Origin: Nitrospirota bacterium
GTDB taxonomy: Bacteria > Nitrospirota > UBA9217
Length of the DNA stretch: 64,000 bases
NCBI GenBank assembly: GCA_963741205.1
Contig: CAVUHW010000043.1
Location: forward strand, 35,500-99,499
Direction: 5' to 3'
The notes beneath the pieces were generated by a model that saw only the letters and a list, made by a program, of their open reading frames with translations, did not search any database and was not told the DNA's origin. Below are positions 21,623 through 31,793 of the stretch, piece by piece. Each line of letters starts with the position of its first letter. Within the stretch, counting starts at the first letter, position 1. The position numbers and the translations under genes are program-made.

Positions 21623-23041
21623 ATGAAGCCTCTTTTTATAAAATACCTGTCGCAGCTTGCGTCACTTACTCCTCTACAAATCCATCTCGTCGGCGGATCG
21701 GTCCGCGACCTCCTGGCCGGCAGCAGGGACCTCAAGGACATCGACCTCCTGATGCCATCCGGCTCGGACGAGACGGCTCGCGCTTTCGCAAACTCGATCG
21801 GGGGGAGTTTCTTTTTTCTCGATGAAGAGCGAAGGATAAGCCGCGTCGTAAAGCAGGAGGGCAATGATGTCCTGCAATTTGATTTTTCGAATTTCGAGGG
21901 GCCCGACCTTCCCGCCGACCTCGGCCGGAGAGATTTTACCGTCAACGCCATGGCGCTCGATCTGCGGGAGTTCGTCGTTCGACAAGCCGTCGATGGTCTG
22001 GTTGATCCGTTCAACGGGAGGTCGGACGTCAGAAACATGCTGATCCGGGTTGTCCGACCCGAGGCACTGGACGAAGACCCGTTGCGCCTTCTGCGAGCCG
22101 TTCGCCTCGCAACGACACTCGGCTTCAAGGTAGAGGCCGCGACCTCGGATCACATACGACGAAGGGCGAAGGAGATCATCAAGCCGGCGCCCGAAAGGGT
22201 GCGGGACGAGCTCTTTCTGATTTTGTCCGAGCGAAATGCGGACGAGCATCTTTTGCTTCTGGATTCTCTCGGCCTCCTTACGCCCCTCCTGCCCGAGCTT
22301 GAGCCGCTGCGCGGGTTCACTCCCGGCATGTACCGCTCCCACGACGTCCTCACCCATGCGATCAAGACCGTGGGCTACGTGGACGGCATACTGGACGATC
22401 TCTTGTCGCTTTCCCCGGCACACGCCGCAGCGGTTGCGGACCACCTCAACGGGCAGATCGAGCACGGGATCCCCAGAAAGGCGGCGCTCCGCTTTGCCTG
22501 CCTTCTCCATGATATGGCAAAGCCGGATACCTTTACCGAAACGGACGGCCACGTCCGCTTTCACGGCCACGACAACCTGGGGGCGGACAAGGCGGTTTTT
22601 TTATGCAGGCGGCTCCGGCTTTCACGAAATACCGAGGCGCTCGTCACCAAGACCATCAAGTATCACATGAGACTCTTCAATCTGTCCGCTCCCGGCGGTC
22701 CGAGCAGGAACGCCCTGTACCGCTACTGCCGCGACCTCGGCGACGCCCTCCCCGAAAGCCTGATCATGTCGCAGGCGGACGCGCGCGCGACGTACGAGAT
22801 CATGCCGAAGGAAAAATTCACGGACACGGAAAGGCCGATGGCGCAGGTGCTCGAGTACTATTACACGAAGTTCCTGAAGGCCGAGGCCCGGCCGCTCGTA
22901 AACGGCAACGACCTTATCAGGCTCGGTCTCGCCCCGGGACCGCGGTTCCGCGAGATCCTGGAGGAGATCAAGGAACGCCAGGCGGAGGGGCTGCTCAAGG
23001 ACCGGCAGGAGGCGCTTGACTATTTGAAGACGTTCCTGTAA
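21623..23041 (+). CDS. CCA-adding / poly(A) polymerase family nucleotidyltransferase with HD domain
   Basis: LVGGSVRDLL..DIDL, DLGRRDFTVNAMA, EDPLRLLRAVR, LLHDMAKP, FHGHD. Confidence 0.92.
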   Translation: MKPLFIKYLSQLASLTPLQIHLVGGSVRDLLAGSRDLKDIDLLMPSGSDETARAFANSIGGSFFFLDEERRISRVVKQEGNDVLQFDFSNFEGPDLPADLGRRDFTVNAMALDLREFVVRQAVDGLVDPFNGRSDVRNMLIRVVRPEALDEDPLRLLRAVRLATTLGFKVEAATSDHIRRRAKEIIKPAPERVRDELFLILSERNADEHLLLLDSLGLLTPLLPELEPLRGFTPGMYRSHDVLTHAIKTVGYVDGILDDLLSLSPAHAAAVADHLNGQIEHGIPRKAALRFACLLHDMAKPDTFTETDGHVRFHGHDNLGADKAVFLCRRLRLSRNTEALVTKTIKYHMRLFNLSAPGGPSRNALYRYCRDLGDALPESLIMSQADARATYEIMPKEKFTDTERPMAQVLEYYYTKFLKAEARPLVNGNDLIRLGLAPGPRFREILEEIKERQAEGLLKDRQEALDYLKTFL

Positions 23042-23120
23042 AAGAATTCAGCCACGGGTTTGCATCCTCAATTGAAACATTCCAGGACAGGCTTATGTGC
23101 ACGGATAAAGGAAGCGGATA

Positions 23121-23345
23121 ATGGGAAAGAACATAGAAAACATGTCGATCGACGAACTCAAGGCCGAGCTCAAGCGGCTCAAGGACAACCTCTGCGACCT
23201 GGAGGACATGCACGCCTTCACCTTCGGGAAGACGTCGGTCCACATCGGCGCGGAGAAGGCCCAGAACCTGACGGCGGAATATGAAGAGGAGTGCAAACTA
23301 TTCAACGAGCAGATAGCTGCTGTCGAAAAGGCGCTTAAGGCGTGA
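23121..23345 (+). CDS. Small coiled-coil hypothetical protein
   Basis: 74 aa, good codon usage, AAGGAAG RBS. Confidence 0.7.
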   Translation: MGKNIENMSIDELKAELKRLKDNLCDLEDMHAFTFGKTSVHIGAEKAQNLTAEYEEECKLFNEQIAAVEKALKA

Positions 23346-23391
23346 GATGTGGTGTAGAGGTTTGTTGGTGAGGGTTTTCGGGAGAGAGTCT

Positions 23392-23826
23392 ATGTCGAAA
23401 AAAAAAGCGTCGTTTAAAAAAGTCCCCCCTCCGGCGGAAACAGCAATAACCCAGCGGAAGAGGGATCGGGTCGCGTCGATTCTCGCGATCGTAATCGGGC
23501 TGCTCTCGATCAGGGAAGGGGGCGCCGTCCTCCTCGGCGTGACGGTCCCCGATTTCCCGGTACTGACCTGGCTCGTCTGGTACAATGTGGCCCTGGGATT
23601 TGTTTCCGTCGCTGCCGGAATCGGCATGTGGATCAAGCGTTATTGGAGCCGCACCCTCGCTCTCAACATACTCGTCCTCCATGCCGTCGTCTTCGCCGGC
23701 CTGGTCGCCCTGTACCAATTAGGTCAGACCGTGGCCCACAGGAGCATCTTCGCGATGATGTTCAGGACCTTCACCTGGATCGTCATATATTCTTTGCTGA
23801 AGTGGAAAAGACAGGAAGAAGGGTAA
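23392..23826 (+). CDS. Four-TM membrane protein of unknown function
   Basis: Four hydrophobic segments, WLVWYNVALGF..AAGIGMW and AMMFRT motifs. Confidence 0.75.
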   Translation: MSKKKASFKKVPPPAETAITQRKRDRVASILAIVIGLLSIREGGAVLLGVTVPDFPVLTWLVWYNVALGFVSVAAGIGMWIKRYWSRTLALNILVLHAVVFAGLVALYQLGQTVAHRSIFAMMFRTFTWIVIYSLLKWKRQEEG

Positions 23827-23921
23827 GGCATCTCGGCGACCTTGACTCGGGCAGGGGGCCATACATCAGGATCCCGCAGGTTGTGGGTGCTTGAGGGTGA
23901 AAAACGTCAAGGAGACAAATC

Positions 23922-24908
23922 GTGAAGATCGACTGCTATATATCACAGGGGTGCGGTTCCGAGGAAGCGCTAAAGGAAAACATCGCCCGCGCAGTGGAAG
24001 CGGAAAAGGTTTATGCCGAAGTCGGCTTTCACCGGATTGATGACGACGAGGCAATAAAACTGAAACTCAGCGGGTCGCCGTCGGTTTTTATTGATGGAAA
24101 AGAGCTGCAGCCGCAGGGCACGGTTGGATTTTCCTGAAGAATGTTTAAGGACGAGTCAGGAAGACTCGCAAATGTTCCCTCGGTGGAAACGCTGAGGGAA
24201 GCGATCGGAGCCCGGAGTGGACATTTGAAGAATATACCGGGTGAAGAGGCAACCTTTCTGAAAAGCCTCATGGACCAAATCGGCGATACGGTAAAAGGAA
24301 GAATATCGGAAGCACAATTAAGTCCCCTGGAGGACGAAGTACGAAAATATATTTTGAGAGACTTTGCCAGGACCGGCAAGCCCCCGTCCGATAAGGCAAT
24401 TACGGAGGCAATGAGGCTGCCATCCCTCGAATCGGCCCGCCAAATCGTTCAAAAACTTCACCGAGCGGACATTCTTACCCAAGAGGGGAATGAAATCATC
24501 TCGGCATATCCCTTTTCCGCGAAAGCGACGCGCCATAAAGTTGTTTTTCGTGACGGCCATGAGGTCTATTCCCTCTGCGCTACAGATGCTTTGGGCATCC
24601 ATTTCATGCTCCATGAGAATATTACCGTCCGTTCCCGGTGTCCTGAATGCGAAGGTGAAATGAGAATCGACGTAAAGGACGGCAGGGTCGCCTCCTCTGT
24701 TCCGGAAGGCGTGGTGGAATTCGTCAGCAAGAGAGAACAATGCGGATGTACGGCGAAGACCTTTTGCCCTTTTATGAACTTCTTTTGTTCCCGTGAACAT
24801 CTGGAAAAATGGAGAGAGAAAAATCCCGCCTACGCAAAGGGAGAAATGTACTTGCTTTCCCAGGTATTGGAGCACGGGAAACATATATTCGAAGACTTTC
24901 TGAAATAG
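23922..24908 (+). CDS. Thioredoxin-like domain fused to MerB-like organomercurial lyase through in-frame UGA (putative selenocysteine 72); 328 aa
   Basis: ORFs 23922-24137 and 24141-24908 share a frame, separated only by TGA-AGA; GSPSVFIDG..FS-U-RMF; MerB motifs SAYPFS, CATDAL, SRCPEC, FCPFMNFF. Confidence 0.8.
24139..24177 (+). promoter_or_regulatory. Putative bacterial SECIS element
   Basis: Lower stem GAAUGUUU/AAAUGUUC, upper stem CGAGUC/GACUCG, apical loop AGGAA 20 nt after the UGA. Confidence 0.65.
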
Positions 24909-24994
24909 ACGGGTCGCCGAGAGGCAAGAGGGCCGGGTCTGCGGGATTTCGCTCACTCCAGGATTCAATCAATGGTTGAGGCCCTTTTAAAGCG

Positions 24995-26962
24995 CTAGGA
25001 CAGGCTTTTCACCAGCCTGTACAGCTCGGGATACTCGCTCTTTACCGCTTCTGTCTCTTCCCTGAGCAGGCGTAACGCCTCGGGGACGTGCTTAAGAAAA
25101 TACTTTTTGCCCTTCACCTTCGACAGGAACCCGTAGGCTCCCAGGGCCTGCATATGGCGCTGGAGCCGGCAGGGGATGAGGCTGTCCAGGAATTCCCGCT
25201 CTTTGAACCCTTCCTGCTTTGCGCATTTCTCCGACATAGTAACCCATCAGCCTATCGCGCAAATCGCCGGCGAGCCGGCAGTAGGGGTCCCAGAGGATGG
25301 AGGCGACATCATAAGCGGGCGGCGCCATGCGCGCGCCCTGGAAGTCGATGAGACGCGGGATGCCGCCTGCCGTTATTATGATGTTCTGGCACTGGAAGTC
25401 GCGGTGGATCACGCCCTTCGGAGAGGCATCCACCGTTTGTGCAAGACGGTGAAACTCGTCATTCAGCGCGGACCCATCGGGCAACGCCTTCTCCTTCAAC
25501 CCGACAACGAACCGTTCAAGAAAATACCCGGTCTCCCACCGCAGATATTCATAATCGAAGACCCGCGCCTTGAGGGCCGGGCATTCATCGACGTGCAGGG
25601 TGACGCGCGAGTGCAGCTTCACCAGGATATCGAGAACGCTCTGGTAGATGTCCTCGATGTGTTCGGTATCGTGCGGAAGCTTCAGGTAGGAGTAGAGGCT
25701 GGTGTCGCCCAGGTCCTCGAAGAGGGCGCAGCGGCCGAGATCGTCCGTATCGATGATGCCGGGAACGGGCACGGAGTGGGCCTCAAAAAACCGCGTATAG
25801 ACGAGATGCCGCTCGTAATCGGGGTCTTCCTGCTTGCACTCCATGAGCACCGCCGTCTTCCCTCCGTTCCGCACGCGGAAGTAGCGGCGGTCCGATCCGC
25901 CGAGGCCGATGAGGACCGCATCCGCCTGGATCTCCTCGGTCGGTCCGCTCCGGCAGCCCCGCCGTGCCGAAGAAGAACGTAAAGAGCGGGTCCGAAAGGT
26001 CGACTTTCTTCTGCTCCCGCGCGTGGAGGGACGGCTGCATCTCCGTTTCATCGAGCTCGATCACATAGTCCGGTCCGATGATGCTGTTTTCGTGCCTGCC
26101 GGAGACCGAGGCCCCCGGCATGACGATGCAGTTTCGGGGCCTCGCCTTGTCCCTGTACCTCGCTTCCTGCTTCGAGGACCACGTAGCCGTCCATGCCGAT
26201 CTTCCCGCACCTCGCGTCAGGGGACAGGTAGACGGTCTCCCCGCTCTCCCGAAGGGCATCGAGCACGCTTGCGGCATACGAGGCGGGCGTGCCGATGTCG
26301 CTCCAATAGGCGCCGGTGAAATCGAGGGCCTGCACCCGGTGTCCCGCTTTTGCCGCATCGATCCAGGCCACGGTCACGTGCGACACGCCGGTTGGCAGGA
26401 ATTGCAGAATTTCCGGCGAGTACACGGCGATGCCGGTATAAGCGACTTTGTTGGCGATCCTGCCCGGGTCAGGCCGGGAGTCGCCGGGATTTTCCACGTC
26501 GATCACCAGATCGTTTTCGTCAAGGACGACATTGGAGAGCTTCGGGTGCCGGTGGGTGGCAAGGGTGGCGATATTGCCGGATGAGAGATGGGTCTCGATC
26601 AGCCTGGTGAAATCGATGTCGAGCAGGATGTCCGCGTTATGGACGAGAAACGGGCCGCTTGAAAGAAAGGCCTCCGCGTTCTTGAGCGCGCCGCCCGTGC
26701 CGAGTATCGGGTCTTCGGGGAAGAACGTCATGCGGTCAGCGTAGGGAGACCGCCCGGCCCAGTCACGGATCATCTCAGGCTTGTAATGGAGGTTGATCCC
26801 GATCCTGCCGGAACAGACCGCGGTAATCCTTCCGAGGATGATGTCGATCAGCGGCCTGCCGAGGATCGGGAGCAGCGGCTTGGGCAGGTGGTTCGTGATC
26901 GGCCTGAGCCGCTCGCCGAGACCGGCGGCGGGGAGAAATATGGTTATCGGAAATTGAGACAT
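24995..26962 (-). CDS. MurU-like nucleotidyltransferase fused to AmgK-like phosphotransferase (indels)
   Basis: PAAGLGERLRPIT..PKPL, LGTGGAL, HNADI, then GGSDRRYFR, EDLGD, IHRDFQCQN, IDFQGAR, LQRHMQALGAYG. Confidence 0.8.
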
Positions 26963-26997
26963 AGATGTATTATACCGCGGAGGAGACCGCTAGGAAA

Positions 26998-27129
26998 TTT
27001 GGACGAAGATTTTCGCGGAGGAACGCAGATTTCAGACGAAGAAAGAAAGGAATCCGCTGCAAGAGCATCTGATGCCTCTCCTAAATTCAGGATCTTATCC
27101 GCGTTCATCTGCGTGCATCTGCGTCCAAA
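26998..27129. repeat. Inverted-repeat element with 9-bp CGC(A/G)GA periodicity
   Basis: tttggacgaagattttcgcggaggaacgcagat vs atccgcgttcatctgcgtgcatctgcgtccaaa. Confidence 0.75.
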
Positions 27130-27137
27130 AATACCGG

Positions 27138-28327
27138 CTACTCATATATCAAGAACTTCTTCCTCATTTTCTCGAACGCCTTCGCCTCTTCCTTCCACCA
27201 CGTCTCCATCTCATCGAGATCTTTCCATGCTTCGATGTCCTTTCGCAGGCGGTCGGTGCCGGCAAGAATGTCGATGGGGATTTTGACCTCCTCATACTCG
27301 TAGGGCGGCTCCTTCCATTTGAAGTCGCGCGGGATAGGTATTGTGGATCGCCTTCAGGATCGCCACGCCGGTCTTGAAGGGCTTGAACTTCTCGCGGTCG
27401 GTCACATGGATCTGGGCGCCGCCGCACAAAAGGCCGGCATGTTTTTGGAACGTGGGCTGGAATGAATGCGGCCGGAACGAGACGCCGGGCAGCCTGAATT
27501 CTCTCAGCACACTAACGACCGTCTCGGCATGGATGAACGGCGCGCCGAAGATCTCGAACGGCCTGGTCGTGCCGCGGCCTTCCGAGATGTTCGTCCCTTC
27601 GAACAGGCACATGCCGGGATAGACCAGCGCCGTGTCGAGGGTCGGCATGTTGGGCGAGGGTATGATCCAGGGAAGCTTCGTGTCGTCGAACCACATGGCG
27701 CGTTTCCATCCCTGCATGGGCATGACGCGGAAATCCAGGTCCGGATAAAAAGTTTTATGAAGATAATTCCCGATCTCGGCGATGGTCATCCCGTGGCGAA
27801 CGGGCAGGGGCTTGAGTCCGACAAAGGACGCGTAGCCCGGGTCGAGCACCGGCCCCTCGACAAGTCGTCCGCCAAGGGGATTCGGCCGGTCGAGGACGAT
27901 GACGGCCTTGCCCGCCTCTTGACAGGCCTGCATGCAGTGGTCCATGGTCCAGATGAAGGTGTAGTACCTGCTGCCCACGTCCTGCAGGTCGATGGCGAGC
28001 CACGTCGCAATGCTCCAGCATGGAATGGGTCGGTTTGCGCACCTTGCCGTAGAGGCTGTATACGGGAAGGCCGGAGGCGGGGTCGCGGAAGCCATCCCAC
28101 TCGACCATATTGTCCTGGGTCTGACCCTGGATGCCGTGCTGGGGTCCGAAAATTGCCGTCAGCCGGAATTTTTTCGACCAACGGAAAATGTTGACCGCGT
28201 GTTCGAACATGCTGTTGACCGAGGCGGGGTGGGCCACGAGCCCGACGCGGGCGCCTTTGAGGTCCCTGGGCCAGAGCTTTTCAACGAGGTCAAGACCGGT
28301 GAGGACGGCATGCTTTTTCGTCGTCAT
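27138..28327 (-). CDS. namZ: Exo-beta-N-acetylmuramidase NamZ / DUF1343 family (indels)
   Basis: FGPQHGI, VYSLYG, DLQDVGSRYYTF, LDRPNPLGG, RHGMTIAE, PSPNMP, SEGRGTTRPFE. Confidence 0.88.
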
Positions 28328-28442
28328 GCGCGGATTATAGTAAGTCCCCGGGGGAATAGCAACAGGAAATTTCTGCGCGGCGCCGGCATCAGTTATGGGG
28401 AAAGATAACGATCTTGTTGTCCGTCCCCATATTTGCCTAATG

Positions 28443-28470
28443 GTCATTCCCGAGCGTCTCTATCGGGAAT
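28443..28470. repeat. REP-like unit
   Basis: gtcattcccgagcgtctctatcgggaat, close match to 5156-5185. Confidence 0.6.
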
Positions 28471-28494
28471 ATGGGTTCTTAATTCGGAAGCAAC

Positions 28495-28779
28495 TCACCG
28501 GCCGCGCAAGTACCAATAGAGTACGGCAAGAATGACGGCAACGGCCACAGCCGCCGTGATGAACCGGGACATCCCTTTCTTTTCCTTGAAAGGGTCCAGG
28601 AGCGAGCGTTCCGCATTCTCGGGAATACGCGCTGACGAGGTGAGTTGGGCGCCGAAGGGGATGTTGATCTTTGCGCGCGCGTTGACAGCCCATCCACCGG
28701 CGTCGAGCAAAGGCCCGAGGTTCCGCTGGTGCAGCTTGAACCAGGCGATGACCATTGAAGGACAGGAAATTGCCAGCAA
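28495..28779 (-). pseudogene. C-terminal remnant of a conserved membrane protein
   Basis: SMVIAWFKLHQRNLGPLLDAGGWAVNARAKINIPFG reads as a protein C-terminus without a proper 5' part. Confidence 0.5.
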
Positions 28780-28803
28780 AATAATGCATACCTCCCGCGG
28801 ACC

Positions 28804-30012
28804 CTACTGCTTCCGGACCTCAACGCGGCCGGTCATATACGCATGAATCGAGCAGAAATAATTATAAGTTCCCGGCCGATCGAACGTGCGGCTGTACGTC
28901 TTGCCGGGAAAGAGCGTATCGGAACCTTCAGAGCCGTCTTTGAACGCGACCGCGTGCGGGCCGCCATCTTGATTGTACCACAGGACGCTGTCGCCCGGGG
29001 CGACGGTGACAACCTGCGGCAGGAAAGCGAAATTAACGATCGATACCGTCGCGCCGGCGGCCGACGTCTGCACGACGACCTTGCGCGGCTGATTGCCGAC
29101 GGCGATCGTGACGGTCTTACCGCTTGCAATGTCCACGATTGACAGGGTATTTGAGCCTTCGTTCGTTACATAGGCGGTCTTGCCGTCGCCGGACACGGCC
29201 AGCCAGTGCGGCTGATCGCCCACCTTGATGCTGCGCACCGGTTTATTGGTCTTCGGGTCGAACAGAAAAAGTTCGCCGGGTCCCTGAACGATCGCCATGC
29301 CGAACATCGTGTTGCGGGGGTGGTTAACATAGTGAGGAGAGACCCCGGTAGGGATCTCCGCCACGATCTTATCGGACGCGGGATCGAGCACCTGGACCGC
29401 ATTGGCGCCGGCCTCGGTGAAATAGACCTTGCCGTCAAAGGAGTATTCCAGATCGCGGGGCGTTTTATCGAGCGGGATCGTTCGCAGGACGGTACGCGTC
29501 GCGAGGTCGATGATTGCCACGGCGAATCGACCCGGGACCTGAGACGATACATAAGCGGCCTTGCCATCGGGGCTGACTCCTATGGTATGCGGCTTCCCGA
29601 CGCCCACGGTGGCGACGACGGCCAGTTTCGCGGTGTCAACAAAAGCGATTTTGTCTTCGCCGTTGACAGCGACCAGCAGCAGGTCCTTGCCGGGCACGAG
29701 TGCGAGGCCGTGCGGAGATTTTCCGACTTCAACTGTGCCCGTAACGCGATCAACAAGAGTGTCAATGACGCTGATTGTCGAGGATCCGTCGCTGCTCGCG
29801 AAAAGCCGGCGGCCGTCCGGAGTAATGACCATGCCATGCGGCCCTGCGGCGATCGGTATGGTTGCGACGACCGTGCTCGTGGACGTATCGATCACGCTCA
29901 CCGTATTATCCTTGAAGTTCCCCACATAGGCCTTCGGACCGGCATTGGCGAGGCCGGATACCAGGCACAACGAAAGCGCTGCAATCAAAGACCGGACGAG
30001 ATTGAACCGCAT
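28804..30012 (-). CDS. Secreted YVTN beta-propeller protein with C-terminal cupredoxin domain
   Basis: Signal peptide, repeated PH(G)..PDG..YV blades, type-1 Cu ligands GPHAV and FCSIHAYM. Confidence 0.88.
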   Translation of the reverse strand: MRFNLVRSLIAALSLCLVSGLANAGPKAYVGNFKDNTVSVIDTSTSTVVATIPIAAGPHGMVITPDGRRLFASSDGSSTISVIDTLVDRVTGTVEVGKSPHGLALVPGKDLLLVAVNGEDKIAFVDTAKLAVVATVGVGKPHTIGVSPDGKAAYVSSQVPGRFAVAIIDLATRTVLRTIPLDKTPRDLEYSFDGKVYFTEAGANAVQVLDPASDKIVAEIPTGVSPHYVNHPRNTMFGMAIVQGPGELFLFDPKTNKPVRSIKVGDQPHWLAVSGDGKTAYVTNEGSNTLSIVDIASGKTVTIAVGNQPRKVVVQTSAAGATVSIVNFAFLPQVVTVAPGDSVLWYNQDGGPHAVAFKDGSEGSDTLFPGKTYSRTFDRPGTYNYFCSIHAYMTGRVEVRKQ

Positions 30013-30271
30013 AGGGAAATACATAGAAGCCTCCTTTCCCGAGGTTGAGCGCTCAGAATGGGCTCAGATGACGGGGATTCAATTATTCACCATGCTAGTT
30101 AAAAAATATCAAAAAAATCAATGTAGTCAATAGGACCAAAGTATGTGTATGGCGTTTGATCCGACATGACGAGTAGTCAGAAACTTCTTTGGGAATGCAC
30201 CTACTAATGGAGGTCAAATCCGGTAGTGAACTGCCGCTTCCTTCGCAATGCACGTACCTGACAGTATTTTA

Positions 30272-30300
30272 TTGACTTTCATAAACAAATTTGTTACAAT
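30272..30300 (+). promoter_or_regulatory. Sigma70 promoter with palindrome in the spacer
   Basis: TTGACT-17 bp-TACAAT; AACAAATTTGTT palindrome at 30284-30295. Confidence 0.6.
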
Positions 30301-30373
30301 TATACCAGTAATAATGTTTATCGGTATTCACTGCATCGCGGGAAGGATCGTAAGGTTCAACACGGGCGGGGAA

Positions 30374-30520
30374 ATGTCAGATTTTCAACAAAACGGTGTC
30401 TTTTCGGAGTCTGCCGAAGGCAAACTCCGGATTGAGGCTAAAACGGAGAAACCTCTGGACGCTCAACCCCCCGCTGTGGTAAAATTCCCGGCTGACGGCG
30501 TCTGCGGCGTCATAACCTGA
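30374..30520 (+). CDS. 48 aa leader peptide ORF
   Basis: ATG after GGGGA; ends DGVCGVIT, 8 nt before the HEAT gene. Confidence 0.4.
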   Translation: MSDFQQNGVFSESAEGKLRIEAKTEKPLDAQPPAVVKFPADGVCGVIT

Positions 30521-30528
30521 GGAAAGAA

Positions 30529-31793
30529 ATGCGCGACACGGTAATCATAGCGATAATCATAGCGACGATCGTAACACTGTTGTTGCTGATTATTATCCTG
30601 TTTCTCGCAAGTATCATCCGCAGGGGAGTCAATGAACGGAAATATCGGGAACTCGACCGGCTGAGGGAGCATTACGGCGCTATCATTCGCGAGGCGCTCG
30701 AAGCGGGTAGACACGGCGAGAGTGGAGAACGAGTGCGCAGCCCGTCCAGCATCGAACGAATGGCAGGCCGTCGAGGACGTTCTCCTGAGGTTGATCGACA
30801 GGGACCGCTATCAGGATGTGACGAAAGAACTCTTCGCTCGCCTCGGGTATATTTCCTATTATGAAGAGCGACTGGCGAGCGGGAATGTTCATGCACGGTC
30901 GCTCAGCATCGACAAGCTGGGGAAAATGAAAAGCAGCGCGTCGGTCCCCAGACTCATCGGCCTTTTGGACGCGGAGAACCCGGAGATCGTTTCCGTCACC
31001 GTGCGGACACTGAGTAAAATAGGCGGTGCGGAGTCATTGCAGGCCATAGCCGAGCGGCTTCCCGCGCTGCTGGGCGGTTCGGTTGTCGCACGAAAGACCA
31101 TGCACACGGCCCTCCTTGCGTTCGGCGCCGACGCGGTCCCTTATCTCGTCGAGCGGAAAGAGGGAGGGAATGATCTCGCCGATGGCCTCGAGCATTCTGG
31201 AGATTCTTTCACGATTGCCTGCTGATTCACGATCCGTGGACCTGGCCGTCAAACATCTTTCGAGCGCGAATGCCGAGGTAAGGAGCAAGGCCCTCAAGGT
31301 GCTGGGACGCGCCGAGAATATTCAGGCGGCGCCCCATCTCTCGGGGTTGATCTTTCCCCTGCTTCAGGACCCGGTCTGGTTTGTCAGGCTCCAGGCAATA
31401 CGATCGGCCGGGGTGCTGCAGTGCGGGGAGGCGGCCGGCCCCATCGGAAAACTCATTTTTGACAAGAATTGGCAGGTTCGGAACGAAGCGGCCCAGGCCG
31501 TGATCAAGCTTGGGGAATGCTCGCTCGACACGATTCTTGAAGTTCTCACCGGCGCGGACGATTATGCGAAAGACAGCGTATGCGAAGAGATCGAAAAAAC
31601 GGGATTTTCGGCTCGGCTGATCGAAAACCTCACAGGAAACGACGCCGGGCTTCAAAAAAAATCACAGCAGGTGCTGGAGCTGATGTGTTCCCGCGGTTTT
31701 TCGACCACGCTTGAGGCGTATCAGGACCGGTGCGGCATCGAGAGCATGCAGCAGGTCATGGGGGGGATGATGAGTCTGGAGTCGCTCACATGA
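30529..31793 (+). CDS. Membrane-anchored HEAT-repeat protein (indels)
   Basis: N-terminal TM; repeats EVRSKALKVLG, DPVWFVRLQA, DKNWQVRNEAA. Confidence 0.85.

Noticed and set aside
23842-23872. MerR-type promoter (TTGACT-19 bp-CAGGAT) before the MerB fusion
   Set aside because: Spacing fits, but the spacer has no dyad symmetry, the -10 is weak and no merR is in the window
30130-30260. Possible c-di-GMP riboswitch ahead of the EPS operon
   Set aside because: No GEMM consensus elements could be identified by eye
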